A DNA stretch of 32,000 nt from Ignicoccus pacificus DSM 13166 (GCA_025340205.1 CP006868.1:1110001-1142000); one strand, 5' to 3'. Positions 1-9,351 are shown, counted from the stretch's first letter. The notes: generated by a model not told the origin, from the letters alone. Program-made: numbers and translations.

Positions 1-699
1 GCAGAACCTCACGTTTATCGGCCTTTTACTCCATAAAGAGCACGAAGGTATTAGGCACACCCTCTTAGCCCTCATCTCCTCGCACTTCTTGACTAACCTA
101 TCAACCTTCTTGAAGAGCACACATTTCCCATCTTGAAACTTGACGCAGGAGTAAGTACTCTCCCAGACACTCTTCCACTTTACGCATTCGAGCTTCCCAT
201 ATCCCCAGAGCTGGCATGAGCTTTGGGCGCAATAGTCCACCCAGAAGGTCTTGCTTTCTTCCTTCAAGCACTTCTCTTTCAGAACCCTTTCAACGGGATA
301 CGCGTTCTGGAAGTGGATCAGTACTGGAACCTTGGAATCCTTGGAGTAAGGTCTAACTAAGAGCTTGTTTCCTTCCACCTTAACCTCGACGAAGGTCCCC
401 GGAAAGGGTACCTTCCCCAAATACCCAATTCCCTCGAACCCATCGTAGAGGTAAGTTATTTTTACCACTTCGCTCTCCGCAACGATTTTCAACTTTATGA
501 CCTTCTCCCCGCTTACGTAGCCCTTCCACGAGAAGGTTTGGGAGCCGTCGGGGAGGTGAGCTCCGGCGAAGCTCATTTGAAAGGCTTGCATCCCGTTACC
601 CTTTATGACTATCAGTAGCTCTATTCCGTTGCCCGGCGAGACCCTTCCGACCGGCACTACCGTTAAAGCGCTGACCAACGGGATAAGCATCAGTACCAT
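1..699 (-). CDS. Partial secreted/membrane-anchored cysteine-containing protein of unknown function (runs off left edge)
   Basis: Open frame on minus strand from ATG at 699 to window edge, missing from ORF track because it is truncated. Starts MVLMLIPLVSALTVVPVGRVSPGNGIELLIVIKG (signal-peptide-like) and stays open for 233 codons. Confidence 0.6.
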   Translation of the reverse strand, partial: MVLMLIPLVSALTVVPVGRVSPGNGIELLIVIKGNGMQAFQMSFAGAHLPDGSQTFSWKGYVSGEKVIKLKIVAESEVVKITYLYDGFEGIGYLGKVPFPGTFVEVKVEGNKLLVRPYSKDSKVPVLIHFQNAYPVERVLKEKCLKEESKTFWVDYCAQSSCQLWGYGKLECVKWKSVWESTYSCVKFQDGKCVLFKKVDRLVKKCEEMRAKRVCLIPSCSLWSKRPINVRFC

Positions 700-806
700 G
701 AGCCACCTCAAGGAGTACTCCGGGTTAGTTTCTCACCTATGGATCTTATTACTACCGCAGGAACGCTTTATTTACCCTAGCAATCCCTCAAGGAGGGGAA
801 CGATTC

Positions 807-1181
807 ATGGGAAGGGTTAACAAGCCTCTCTCAGCTATTGAGAAGAGGCAAATGAGGCAGTTGCTACAAGATCTGAGGAAGAGGATGATAGAGGAGAGGA
901 AGGCCAAGAGAGGAGTTACCCAGCAAGTGGTCGCCGAGGCTAACGTCGTGGACCAAGCTGCCAAGGTGGTGAGGCACATGAAGTTCGTAACTCCCAGCAT
1001 GCTGGCTGACAAGATGGAGATAAGCATCGGAGTGGCCAAGAGGGTTCTGAGGGACCTAGAGACCAGAGGAGTGCTAAAGCTCTATGCTAAGAACAGGAGG
1101 GTGCAGGTCTACGTTCCTGCCGACAAGTTCGAGAAGCTAGTCAAGCCTGGAGCCTACTCCTACACCGTCGAGGAGATGTAA
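807..1181 (+). CDS. rps25e: 30S ribosomal protein S25e
   Basis: Basic N-terminus plus winged-helix C-terminus KFVTPSMLADKMEISIGVAKRVLRDLETRGVLKLYAKNRRVQVY, typical of archaeal eS25. Confidence 0.85.
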   Translation: MGRVNKPLSAIEKRQMRQLLQDLRKRMIEERKAKRGVTQQVVAEANVVDQAAKVVRHMKFVTPSMLADKMEISIGVAKRVLRDLETRGVLKLYAKNRRVQVYVPADKFEKLVKPGAYSYTVEEM

Positions 1182-1259
1182 GGCCTTTTTGCCGATGAAG
1201 GACCTCGATCCCCCTGATCCTTTTATGATGAGGATTGCGCGTACCTGAGGGGAGAAGGT

Positions 1260-1985
1260 TTGATTCCCGTCGAGTTTTGGGAGAAAGGGGAGAGGCCCCT
1301 CAAGTACTTAGTTGTAGGATTTCATGACGTGGGCTTGGTTGGAATAATTGCTACCAAGCACTTGATAGAGAGCTTGGGTATGGAGGAGGTGGGCGGAATA
1401 GATATTCCATCCGAGCTCCCCATAGCTCCCATAAGGGATGGGTTGGCAAAGTTCCCAATCACTATTTACAAGAAGGATCAATGGGCAGTGTTCTACCCAG
1501 AGGTCCCCTTACCTCCAACGGTTCTCTTCCCAATAGCTCAAGCGATAATGGATTACGCTGCCAGGATGGGTGTGGAGAGGATTATTTCATTAACGGGATT
1601 GGCTAACCCTAATCGTCTAAGGGTGAAGCCGAGCCTTCACTGGATCATAGGGGACGAGGAGATTGAGGAGAAGGAAAAGCTCGAGAGGGAAGGAAAGCCC
1701 TTGAAGGATGGCGTGCTTTACGGACCAACGGCGTTGCTCTTGAAGTTCTCGAAGACTAGGGGAATCCCAGTAGTGGCTCTCTTAGCAGATGCCTTCCCGG
1801 AGTTTCCCGACCCAGGAGCGGCCGCCACCGTCCTAGAGGGTCTGAGCAAGGTTTATGGAATAAGCGTGGATACGAAGAAGCTAATTGAAGACGCTGAGAA
1901 GATAAAGGCAAGGTTGCAAGAGATGGCGAGACAAGCTATGACCGTAATGAAGGAGAGCGGAGCTAGGCCCATGATGTACGCCTAA
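1260..1985 (+). CDS. PAC2 family protein (archaeal proteasome assembly chaperone-like)
   Basis: YLVVGFHDVGLVGIIATKHLIESL...IISLTGLANP...GVLYGPTALLL pattern of the PAC2/DUF75 family. Confidence 0.8.
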   Translation: MIPVEFWEKGERPLKYLVVGFHDVGLVGIIATKHLIESLGMEEVGGIDIPSELPIAPIRDGLAKFPITIYKKDQWAVFYPEVPLPPTVLFPIAQAIMDYAARMGVERIISLTGLANPNRLRVKPSLHWIIGDEEIEEKEKLEREGKPLKDGVLYGPTALLLKFSKTRGIPVVALLADAFPEFPDPGAAATVLEGLSKVYGISVDTKKLIEDAEKIKARLQEMARQAMTVMKESGARPMMYA

Positions 1986-1996
1986 GGGGTGAGATC

Positions 1997-2299
1997 ATGA
2001 TATCCCCAAACGGTAAGATGGAACCCCTTCACTACGTGATAGACTATCCCGATCGCTACGAGATACTGATAGACGTTCCCTTAGCGGACGAGAGTACCTT
2101 GACCATAGGTCTCTACAAGAGAGTGTTGAAGGTCAGAGTCAAGCTAAGGGAGAGGTTGGTGATAGAGGAGCACGAGGTAAGGGAGTACGTGAAGAGGATA
2201 ATAGTTCCGGAAGACGCGGAAGAGGAGTACGAGGTAGAGGTAGTTAAGACCGAGGGACCGATAATAGTGGTCACCTTCCCGAAGATAGGGAGGCCATGA
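1997..2299 (+). CDS. Small Hsp20/CS-fold-like protein
   Basis: 100 aa, alternating beta pattern YEILIDVPLADESTLTIGLYKRVLKVRVKLRER...VKRIIVPEDAEEEYEVEVVKTEGPIIVVTFPK. Confidence 0.4.
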   Translation: MISPNGKMEPLHYVIDYPDRYEILIDVPLADESTLTIGLYKRVLKVRVKLRERLVIEEHEVREYVKRIIVPEDAEEEYEVEVVKTEGPIIVVTFPKIGRP

Positions 2300-2303
2300 C
2301 AGC

Positions 2304-2708
2304 TCAATAATAAATGAATGCTATGCGGAACTCTTGCTTCAGCTGACTTAGTACTTTCTCGATTTCCTTTTCTCTTTTCAAAAACAATGCTTCGGAGTTC
2401 AAGTATTTGGATGTGGACAGAGTAAAGCAGTCTCCTAAGCTTATCGGGTACTTACACTTGCACTCACCCACCTCTTTCCATACCTTCTCTGCTTCTACTA
2501 TCGAAAGCGCCTTTGAAATTAAGGATATCCTCTTCTCGGCCTCTTCTCTTCCAAGACCTCTGCAGATAACGTAGTAGGTCTCAACGAGCGATAGTCTGCT
2601 GGCGTAGAGTAGATCATAATTATTTAGAACGTAATCAATTACATCTGGCTTCCCCAAGGCTATTTCTATGAGAACGCTGGCATCTAAGGTGACTTTAGAA
2701 CCTCTCAT
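2304..2708 (-). CDS. vapC: PIN-domain ribonuclease toxin (VapC family)
   Basis: VTLDASVLIEIALGK...SRLSLVETYYV...ISLGDCFTLSTSKYLNSEALFLKREKEI: acidic residue spacing of a PIN domain; follows a VapB-like ORF with a 14-bp overlap. Confidence 0.7.
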   Translation of the reverse strand: MRGSKVTLDASVLIEIALGKPDVIDYVLNNYDLLYASRLSLVETYYVICRGLGREEAEKRISLISKALSIVEAEKVWKEVGECKCKYPISLGDCFTLSTSKYLNSEALFLKREKEIEKVLSQLKQEFRIAFIYY

Positions 2709-2928
2709 CTTCTTTCCTTCCCTCTTTTAGAAGTCCTTGTAAATCTACGTCGACCCTCATTTCTTTAAGTTTCTCAAGAATCTTTTGTTTGGCTCTCAGC
2801 TTTTCTATTATGAGTTCCTTAATTAGGGAATCGTAGTCCGGCTTTTCTCCTTTTTCTTTCATCTCTTCCCTTAGCAGCTCATCGAGCAGAGCTTTGGTTT
2901 CTTTCCTCAGCTTCACTGTGGTATACAA
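2695..2928 (-). CDS. vapB: VapB-like antitoxin
   Basis: Listed ORF 2695..3348 is likely over-extended into leuD. The segment from TTG at 2928, (M)YTTVKLRKETKALLDELLREEMKEKGEKPDYDSLIKELIIEKLRAKQKILEKL, is antitoxin-like and overlaps vapC. Confidence 0.6.
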   Translation of the reverse strand: MYTTVKLRKETKALLDELLREEMKEKGEKPDYDSLIKELIIEKLRAKQKILEKLKEMRVDVDLQGLLKEGRKEDERF

Positions 2929-3042
2929 GGTATACCCCAGAATAGGAACTTGGTAACCCTTCAAAAGCATTAAGTAATTCCAAAGCGGAACATTCCACAG
3001 CGTTTTTACCGTACTTCTGGGCCCTTGAATGGGTGCGAGCGC

Positions 3043-3561
3043 GTGGTAACCAAGGTGAGAGCTAAGGCGATCAAGGTTGGTGATAACATAGACACCGACG
3101 TAATAATTCCCGGAAGGTACCTCATCTACACCGATCCTGAGACCTTGGGTAGGCACTGCTTCGAGCCGATAATGCCCGACTTCTATGAAAGAAGCAAGAA
3201 GCTGGGAGGAGTGATCGTGGTAGGAGGGAGGAACTTTGGAATGGGAAGCTCCAGGGAGCAAGCGGTGGTGGCGCTCAGGGGAGCGGGAGTTAAGGCGGTC
3301 GTCGCAGAGAGCTTCGCCAGGATATTCTATAGGAACTGCATAAACCAAGGCCTACCTGCCGTTAAGGTTCCCGGAATAAGCAAGGTTGTGGAGGAAGGAG
3401 ATGAGGTTGAGGTAGACCTGGAGGAGGGAGCGGTCAGGGTCTACTCCCCCAGCGGCGAGCTCAAGAAGGAGTTCAAGGTTGCCAAGCTCCCACCCTCTCT
3501 ACTCGAGATCTTGGAGAGCGGCGGTTTGGTGCCTTACCTCAAGAAGAAGATGGTGCAGTAG
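3043..3561 (+). CDS. leuD: 3-isopropylmalate dehydratase small subunit
   Basis: KVGDNIDTDVIIPGRYL...GRNFGMGSSREQAVVALRGAGVKAVVAESFARIFYRNCINQGLP. GTG at 3043 is a more likely start than the track start at 3025. Confidence 0.9.
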   Translation: MVTKVRAKAIKVGDNIDTDVIIPGRYLIYTDPETLGRHCFEPIMPDFYERSKKLGGVIVVGGRNFGMGSSREQAVVALRGAGVKAVVAESFARIFYRNCINQGLPAVKVPGISKVVEEGDEVEVDLEEGAVRVYSPSGELKKEFKVAKLPPSLLEILESGGLVPYLKKKMVQ

Positions 3562-3563
3562 GG

Positions 3564-4424
3564 ATGAGAGCGGTAGTATTCAAGGGGGACTTAGTAATAG
3601 AGGATAGACCCATACCCCCCGTTCCAGAAGGTCACCTCCTCGTCAAGGTTGAGCGCTCGGTAGTGGGTCCCCTCGAGAGGGGCCTGAAGAGAGGCCTCGT
3701 CTGGGTAGAGCCCGGAAGGGTAGTGGGCATGGAAGGATATGGAAGGGTGGAGGAGACAGGGGCCAACACCAACATAAAGAAAGGAGAGATAGTCTCCTCC
3801 CCCATATTGGTTAACGAGAGCGACATAGTTGGCGTGCACGTGGACGGGTTCTTGGCGGAGTATGCCATCGTTCCCGAAAGCGCTGTAGAGCCCTTGCCCG
3901 AGGGCAGGCCGGAGCACTTGGCCCTAGCCGGAACCGGGGCTCTGGCCTCTTGGCTTAAAGAGAAGCTCGAAGGTTACAGAGCCCTCTTGATAGGAGGGGG
4001 CCTGACAAACGTCCTAACTTCTTTCCTCAGCAATTGGGAAATACCCATACTCTCGTGGGGTCATGAGATAAGCGCTCCGGTGCAGCTGTTCCCGACCATA
4101 GCTTCGGCGTGTACCCAAGAGTGGGATACGGTAGTGGTGTCGGTGTTAGACGCTATGGCTGTAGATACTGCTACCATGTGCGTGAAGGAGGGAGGAACCA
4201 TCATACTCCATCCCTTGGTGGCTTACTCCAAGCACGTCTTCGCCGGCAAGCAAGTGAAGGTGGAGGTGATGCAAAGAAACGAGCTCAGAGAAGGATATGA
4301 GGCAATCTCCAAGCTCCCCTCCCAGCTCTTGAGGGAGTTGGTGGAGTTCAGCGACTCCTTGGATAAGGCCTTGGACTCCAAGGCTTCCAGATCCATTCTG
4401 AAGCCCCCGGTGAGCGGTACTTGA
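3564..4424 (+). CDS. Medium-chain dehydrogenase/reductase-like protein (divergent, short)
   Basis: MRAVVFKGDLVIEDRPIPPVPEGHLLVKVERSVV...GRVVGMEGYGRVEETG...VDGFLAEYAIVPESAVEPLPEG follows the GroES-like domain of MDR enzymes. Confidence 0.6.
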   Translation: MRAVVFKGDLVIEDRPIPPVPEGHLLVKVERSVVGPLERGLKRGLVWVEPGRVVGMEGYGRVEETGANTNIKKGEIVSSPILVNESDIVGVHVDGFLAEYAIVPESAVEPLPEGRPEHLALAGTGALASWLKEKLEGYRALLIGGGLTNVLTSFLSNWEIPILSWGHEISAPVQLFPTIASACTQEWDTVVVSVLDAMAVDTATMCVKEGGTIILHPLVAYSKHVFAGKQVKVEVMQRNELREGYEAISKLPSQLLRELVEFSDSLDKALDSKASRSILKPPVSGT

Positions 4425-5614
4425 GAGTTCCAGCCTTCGTGGACACCCACTTCCACCTTTCTTGGACCGCTCGTTCGAACATTGAGCTGAACTTGAAAGA
4501 AGTGAAGACGGTAAAGGAAGTGTTAGAAAAGGTAAAGGAAGAGGATGAGAGAGGAGGAACCTACGGGGGCTGGATAATAGGCTCCCTCCTGTACTTCAAG
4601 ATAGGTAGATCTCTCAACAGGTGGCTCTTGGACGAGGTTACGAGTCTTCCAACCTCAATAGCCACCAGGGACGGACATATGGCCATAGCTAATTCAAAGG
4701 CTATTGAGATAGCTAACGTGAAATGTGGACATCCGGGGGTGGAGTGCGAGGAAGGCGTTCCTACTGGGAGGTTCTTCGACGATGCAATGCTCTTATTGAG
4801 ATCGAAGATGCCGGACCCCCCGGTTAAGAAGCTCTACCAAGCCTATCGAAAGGTATTAGATGAGCTCTATCGGAACGGCTTCCTCCAGATCCACGCTATG
4901 ACGTCTAGGTGGTTCGAATGGGAAATAGTGAAAAAGATGGGTCACAAAGTGGAGGTAATCCCCTACATGAGGTCGGACAGCTTCGTCAGAGGGGCTCCGG
5001 GGGTTAAGCTGTTCGTTGACGGAGTGTTCCTCTATGGTACGGCTATGGTTAATGGGAAGGGTAGGTTAATGACTCCCAAGGAGGAGATCGTCAAGTGGCT
5101 AAAGAGGGCTGAGGAGGAGAACTTCAAGGTGGCGCTCCACGTAATGGGGGACGAAGCCTTGGACTTGGTAATAGAGGCCTACGAGGAGGCGGGCAAGCCT
5201 AAGGGGAGGATGAGGATAGAGCACGCTGCCGTAACTAGGGATGATCAACTCGAGTACTTAGCTGAAGAGGAGATCCCCGTCAGCGTCCAGCCGGGAATAG
5301 TGGACAGCGTGGGACTGGAGGACATGAAGGCGCTGTTAGGCCCTCTATGGAACAGATTCATGAGAGTTAAGGACATGATGGAATACGGCGTCAAGGTTTA
5401 TCATGGAAGCGACAGCCCAGTTGGACCCTGGAGGCTTAAGGACGTACTCAAGTACTACAAGGCGTTAAGCAAGCCGCTTGATCTTGAAGAGGTAGTGAAG
5501 CTGATGAGCACCGGATGGGAGATCCACGGAGGGGAACCAAGAGCTTATGTGGAAGTCCTCGATGATGGAGAGGTAATCGTGGGGGATGAGTTGGCCCGAA
5601 AGGCTGAGCGATGA
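4421..5614 (+). CDS. Amidohydrolase family protein (YtcJ-like)
   Basis: FVDTHFHLSWT (HxH), KVALHVMGDEALDLVIEA, RMRIEHAAV, VSVQPGI, YHGSDSPVGPW motifs. Confidence 0.8.
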   Translation: MRVPAFVDTHFHLSWTARSNIELNLKEVKTVKEVLEKVKEEDERGGTYGGWIIGSLLYFKIGRSLNRWLLDEVTSLPTSIATRDGHMAIANSKAIEIANVKCGHPGVECEEGVPTGRFFDDAMLLLRSKMPDPPVKKLYQAYRKVLDELYRNGFLQIHAMTSRWFEWEIVKKMGHKVEVIPYMRSDSFVRGAPGVKLFVDGVFLYGTAMVNGKGRLMTPKEEIVKWLKRAEEENFKVALHVMGDEALDLVIEAYEEAGKPKGRMRIEHAAVTRDDQLEYLAEEEIPVSVQPGIVDSVGLEDMKALLGPLWNRFMRVKDMMEYGVKVYHGSDSPVGPWRLKDVLKYYKALSKPLDLEEVVKLMSTGWEIHGGEPRAYVEVLDDGEVIVGDELARKAER

Positions 5615-5691
5615 GGAGATTGGCCTTTTACGACCCCGTCGGCGAGAGGAAGATGTCCTCACCCTTCAGCGAAGGGCGTGGTCCTCATCCG

Positions 5692-5901
5692 CTACTTAAC
5701 TATAAACCTGAGGATTATGGCTATAGCTGAGATAGCTACAGCAGCACCTAGGACCGCCTCTGGAGGGACCTTGATCTTGGACTCCGTCTCCTCGTAGAAC
5801 CTCATCAGACCCATGGCGGTTACCAGACCGCTGCTGCTACCCTTCTTCCTCCTCTTCTTAGCCAAAGATCTCTCCCAAAGGCCTTCAATATCTCCCTTCA
5901 A
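5692..5901 (-). CDS. Preprotein translocase Sec61 subunit beta (SecG-like)
   Basis: AKKRRKKGSSSGLVTAMGLMRFYEETESKIKVPPEAVLGAAVAISAIAIILRFIVK: archaeal Sec61beta motif plus single C-terminal TM. Real start may be internal TTG at 5865. Confidence 0.85.
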   Translation of the reverse strand: MKGDIEGLWERSLAKKRRKKGSSSGLVTAMGLMRFYEETESKIKVPPEAVLGAAVAISAIAIILRFIVK

Positions 5902-5912
5902 ATAAAGCTTTC

Positions 5913-6185
5913 GTGGTGGGAAGGGTGTGCGACTTGAAGGAACTTCAAGGAAGGATAGAGGAACTCTTCTTCAAGAAGGACTGGAACAGGGGAGTAGAGG
6001 GAACCTTCCTTTGGTTCGTCGAGGAGGTAGGAGAGCTTTCCGAGGCTATCTTGAAGGGCGATAGGAGGAAGGTGGAGGAGGAGATGGCCGACGTACTAGC
6101 GTGGCTCCTATCCTTAGCTAACCTACTTAACGTGGACTTGTGCGAGGTCTTCGACAGGAAGTGGGGGATCAAGGGAAGGGAGTGA
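5913..6185 (+). CDS. MazG-like nucleotide pyrophosphohydrolase
   Basis: GTFLWFVEEVGELSEAILKGDRRKVEEEMADVLAWLLSLANLLNVDL matches the EExxE...EExxD MazG signature. Confidence 0.8.
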   Translation: MVGRVCDLKELQGRIEELFFKKDWNRGVEGTFLWFVEEVGELSEAILKGDRRKVEEEMADVLAWLLSLANLLNVDLCEVFDRKWGIKGRE

Positions 6186-6495
6186 GCACTTGCTTGACTA
6201 TGAACCCTCTACACCCCTCGCTCTCGTTGCACTCCATCTCTACGCTGACCTCCTTCAGCACCTCTCCCGGCTCAAGCAGTCCCATTTCATAAGCCAACGC
6301 TCCCAAGGCTTCCTTGAAGTCCTCGAGGAGGCCTAAGGCGGCGGTAGGCTCCAGAGGCCCCCTCCAGAATGCCATTGCGACTACCTTTCTATCGTCAACT
6401 TTCATCATTACCATGTTAGCACCCGATAAGTACTTCAAGGCCCTCGCTACCTTCTCGGCCACCTCCTTCCTGCACATCTCCATCAGCACCGACAT
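6169..6495 (-). CDS. Hypothetical protein
   Basis: 108 aa acidic open frame between well supported genes; 3' end overlaps MazG-like gene by 17 bp. Confidence 0.45.
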   Translation of the reverse strand: MSVLMEMCRKEVAEKVARALKYLSGANMVMMKVDDRKVVAMAFWRGPLEPTAALGLLEDFKEALGALAYEMGLLEPGEVLKEVSVEMECNESEGCRGFIVKQVLTPFP

Positions 6496-6518
6496 GTCTG
6501 TAGACGGCGGAACGGCTA

Positions 6519-6926
6519 TTAAGTGGGATACTGTACCTTCTTGGCGTACATTCTAAGAAGGTCCTCTAACTCTTTCAAGTCGCTCCGGTTAACTCCCAAC
6601 AAAAACGGCAAGAGGTCCAAGACCTTAAAAGCCATTTCCAATCTGTACCTTATCCACTCCACATCTCCCTTCTGAAAGGCCAGCTCCAGCTCCGCTCTCA
6701 ACGCTTCAGTCTTCGCTTTTAATAGAAGTTTCTTCCTCTCTATCAGGTCAGAGGAGTCAAGTCTTATCCCTAACCTTTTCAAGAAGCAGATCTGGTAAAC
6801 CTCATTTATTAAGATGTACTCGTTCTCCAAGTCCTCTAGCTCCAGCTCCTCTCCGGAGAGCCTTTCCAGCTCCAAGAACCTCTTGAGTTCCTCCTCCGAG
6901 ACCTCACAAGGAAAGCTCAAGCTCAT
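6519..6926 (-). CDS. Hypothetical alpha-helical protein
   Basis: 135 aa, E/L/K rich, coding-like composition; no recognised family. Confidence 0.5.
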   Translation of the reverse strand: MSLSFPCEVSEEELKRFLELERLSGEELELEDLENEYILINEVYQICFLKRLGIRLDSSDLIERKKLLLKAKTEALRAELELAFQKGDVEWIRYRLEMAFKVLDLLPFLLGVNRSDLKELEDLLRMYAKKVQYPT

Positions 6927-6993
6927 CCCAAGCTCTTGAGACTCCTCAGCTTAAAGGAGCGGAGGAAGTTCCCAAAGCGCTAGGGAAGGACGA

Positions 6994-8250
6994 ATGAGGG
7001 TACGCTACGAGATCTATGGATGCGCAGTAATGAAGGGAGAGGCCCTCAACGCCTTGGAGGAGCTGAGGAGGAAAGGGGTCGAGGTAAGCGAGGAAGGAGG
7101 AGACGTAGCGATAATCTTCACTTGTACGGTCAGGAGCGAGACAGAACAGAGAATGCTATCAAGAATAGAAAGGCTTAGGGAGGAGCATCAAAGGGTAATA
7201 GTGACCGGGTGCTTGGCCTCAGCTCAGCCGGGACTGATCAAGAAGATGTTCCCCGACGTCTCGATAGTTTCAAACGGCCAAATGCACAAGCTCTACGATG
7301 CTGTAATCGGGAAGGAGATGTACTTGCTTGGCTACGAGAGGCCTAGGGATTGGCTAAGGGAACCTCCCAAGGGAGAGATCTTAGTGGTTCCAGTTGCTGA
7401 TGGATGCTTGGGAAATTGCACCTTCTGCATAACTAAGGCGGCGAGGCCTATCCTCAGGAGTCAGAGCCCTAGCTCGATAATCGATTATATCAAGAAGGGA
7501 ATAGAGAAAGGAGCCAAGGAGATATGGCTTACCGCTCCAGATCTAGCGGCTTATGGAAGAGACATTGGAATCACCTTGGTTGACTTGCTTGATAAGGTAC
7601 TGAGGACGATACCGGAAGACGTTAAGATAAGGATAGGGATGATGAATCCTGATACCTTTGAGGAGATTATGGATGAGTTAATGGAATTGATGAGCGATAA
7701 GAGGGTTTACAAGTTCTTTCACTTGCCCTTGCAGAGCGGAAGTAATAGAATGCTTAAGTTAATGGGAAGGAAGTACACGTATGAGCAATATAGGGAGATA
7801 GTGGAGAAGGTCAGGAGGAAGTTCGTGGATCCTACCATAGCTACGGATATACTGATAGGATTTCCCGGAGAAGAAGAGGAGGACTTCCAGTTAACCCTCA
7901 AGGCGATAAGGGAGATGGCTTTTGAGAGGGTTCACATGGCCGCCTATACTCCAAGACCTCTAACCATAGGGGCAAGGATGAGGCAAGTGAGGGAGGACGT
8001 GAAATCCAAGAGAGTAAAGATAGCGTATAGCCTAATGATGAAGGTAGGAGAAGAGGTACACAAGAGATACTTGGGAGGAATCTTCAAGGCAAGGGTGAGC
8101 GAGTTCGATGAGAAGTATAGTACCTTTGTGGCCAGACTACACAACTACGTGCCGGTGGTGTTGAAAGGTAACCTAAAGATCGGAGAGGAAGCAAGGGTAA
8201 AGATAACGGATTACACCTTCTATGATTTGAGAGGAGAGGTCATTCGTTAA
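6994..8250 (+). CDS. Radical SAM tRNA-t6A methylthiotransferase (MtaB/CDKAL1 type)
   Basis: N-terminal UPF0004-like domain (YEIYGCAVMKGEAL, TCTVRSETEQRML, VIVTGCLA), radical SAM DGCLGNCTFC, HLPLQSGSNRMLKLMGRKYT, IGFPGEEEEDF, C-terminal TRAM-like region. Confidence 0.9.
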   Translation: MRVRYEIYGCAVMKGEALNALEELRRKGVEVSEEGGDVAIIFTCTVRSETEQRMLSRIERLREEHQRVIVTGCLASAQPGLIKKMFPDVSIVSNGQMHKLYDAVIGKEMYLLGYERPRDWLREPPKGEILVVPVADGCLGNCTFCITKAARPILRSQSPSSIIDYIKKGIEKGAKEIWLTAPDLAAYGRDIGITLVDLLDKVLRTIPEDVKIRIGMMNPDTFEEIMDELMELMSDKRVYKFFHLPLQSGSNRMLKLMGRKYTYEQYREIVEKVRRKFVDPTIATDILIGFPGEEEEDFQLTLKAIREMAFERVHMAAYTPRPLTIGARMRQVREDVKSKRVKIAYSLMMKVGEEVHKRYLGGIFKARVSEFDEKYSTFVARLHNYVPVVLKGNLKIGEEARVKITDYTFYDLRGEVIR

Positions 8251-9349
8251 CCCTTCCCTCCACGTTTAACGGCCTTGCCAGCTCCGGCGGAGACCTCCCG
8301 AACCACTCCTCTATACCGTAGATCACGCTGAAGGCAGTAGTTATTACGTAGAAGAACCACGCTATTACGTAAAGCAGTGAGGCATAGTAGAGGAGCCAGA
8401 CCTCGTTCAAATGGTGTAGGTAGAGGTGAATTGTTGAAATGCTGTAAGCTGCCACGGGAAAGACGAAGGCCCACCAGCTCTCCGCGAATCTGAGCTCTTT
8501 CTTCTTTAGATAGTGTATCGTCACTAGGAGTACTACTGGGAACAGAAGTCCAGCTAGTCCCCAGAAGGTGTAGTAGAACATGTCGAAGAATGATGTTAAG
8601 TACTTGCTTAAGGTAGCTGCTTCCAAGGCGGCCTTCTTGAGAACTGTGTGATATTCGTGAGGTCCTAGGCCCAGAAGCATTTCATAAGCCATTGGAGCTA
8701 TCGCTGGAGGAGCGAAGTTGATCCAAGTGGCTGGAACCAGCCTAGAAGGCGGAGGGTTGTGAAATATCGACCTGTAGAGCCAGATGGTGAAGAGTGCCAA
8801 CCACATTATAACTCCTGTTCCCAAATAGATACCTAATAAGCTCTTTATTCCGCTTAACCCCAAGGATGAGCCTATGTAAGGGACTAGGACGTTTCCTACC
8901 GCCGGCATGTACCAGCCGGGGTTCATCAGGTGGACTTCGATGCCTTCGTGAACTATGAAGCTGTAGATTATAACGATGAAGAAGAGCGTGTGGAGAACTG
9001 CTCCGAGCGTTAGGAACGCTAGACCTATAGCTTTGTCTCCAATGACTACCCCCCAGTCGAGGGCTAGCAACATAGTTGCAATGCTTATGGTGGTTATGAA
9101 AGGTCCCTTGATAGGATCCTTCAATGCTTCAAGGAACTCTCTTCTCACTAGGGCTACTTTTATAATAAAGAAAAAAGAGATTATTAGGTATATTATTGTG
9201 TTCAAGTACGCTATAGCGTGAGAGAGGTCTACGAGCGTTCCTAAATGGGAGGCCTTGCCTAGCGCGAAGCTGCTGAGGGCTATGGCAGAGGTCGCTAAGT
9301 TGAAAGAGAACCATGCCACACTCATCTTCTTTATTCTTTCAATTAGCAT
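8240..9349 (-). CDS. TDT/SLAC1-like transporter family membrane protein
   Basis: About 9-10 hydrophobic segments and NPGWYMPAVGNVLVPYIGSSLG characteristic of tellurite-resistance/dicarboxylate (TDT) family proteins. Confidence 0.6.
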   Translation of the reverse strand: MLIERIKKMSVAWFSFNLATSAIALSSFALGKASHLGTLVDLSHAIAYLNTIIYLIISFFFIIKVALVRREFLEALKDPIKGPFITTISIATMLLALDWGVVIGDKAIGLAFLTLGAVLHTLFFIVIIYSFIVHEGIEVHLMNPGWYMPAVGNVLVPYIGSSLGLSGIKSLLGIYLGTGVIMWLALFTIWLYRSIFHNPPPSRLVPATWINFAPPAIAPMAYEMLLGLGPHEYHTVLKKAALEAATLSKYLTSFFDMFYYTFWGLAGLLFPVVLLVTIHYLKKKELRFAESWWAFVFPVAAYSISTIHLYLHHLNEVWLLYYASLLYVIAWFFYVITTAFSVIYGIEEWFGRSPPELARPLNVEGRVNE

Positions 9350-9351
9350 AT

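Noticed and set aside
605-1039. ORFs 605-820(+) and 788-1039(-)
   Set aside because: 605-820 is antisense to the signal-peptide ORF at the left edge and runs into eS25; 788-1039 is antisense to eS25.
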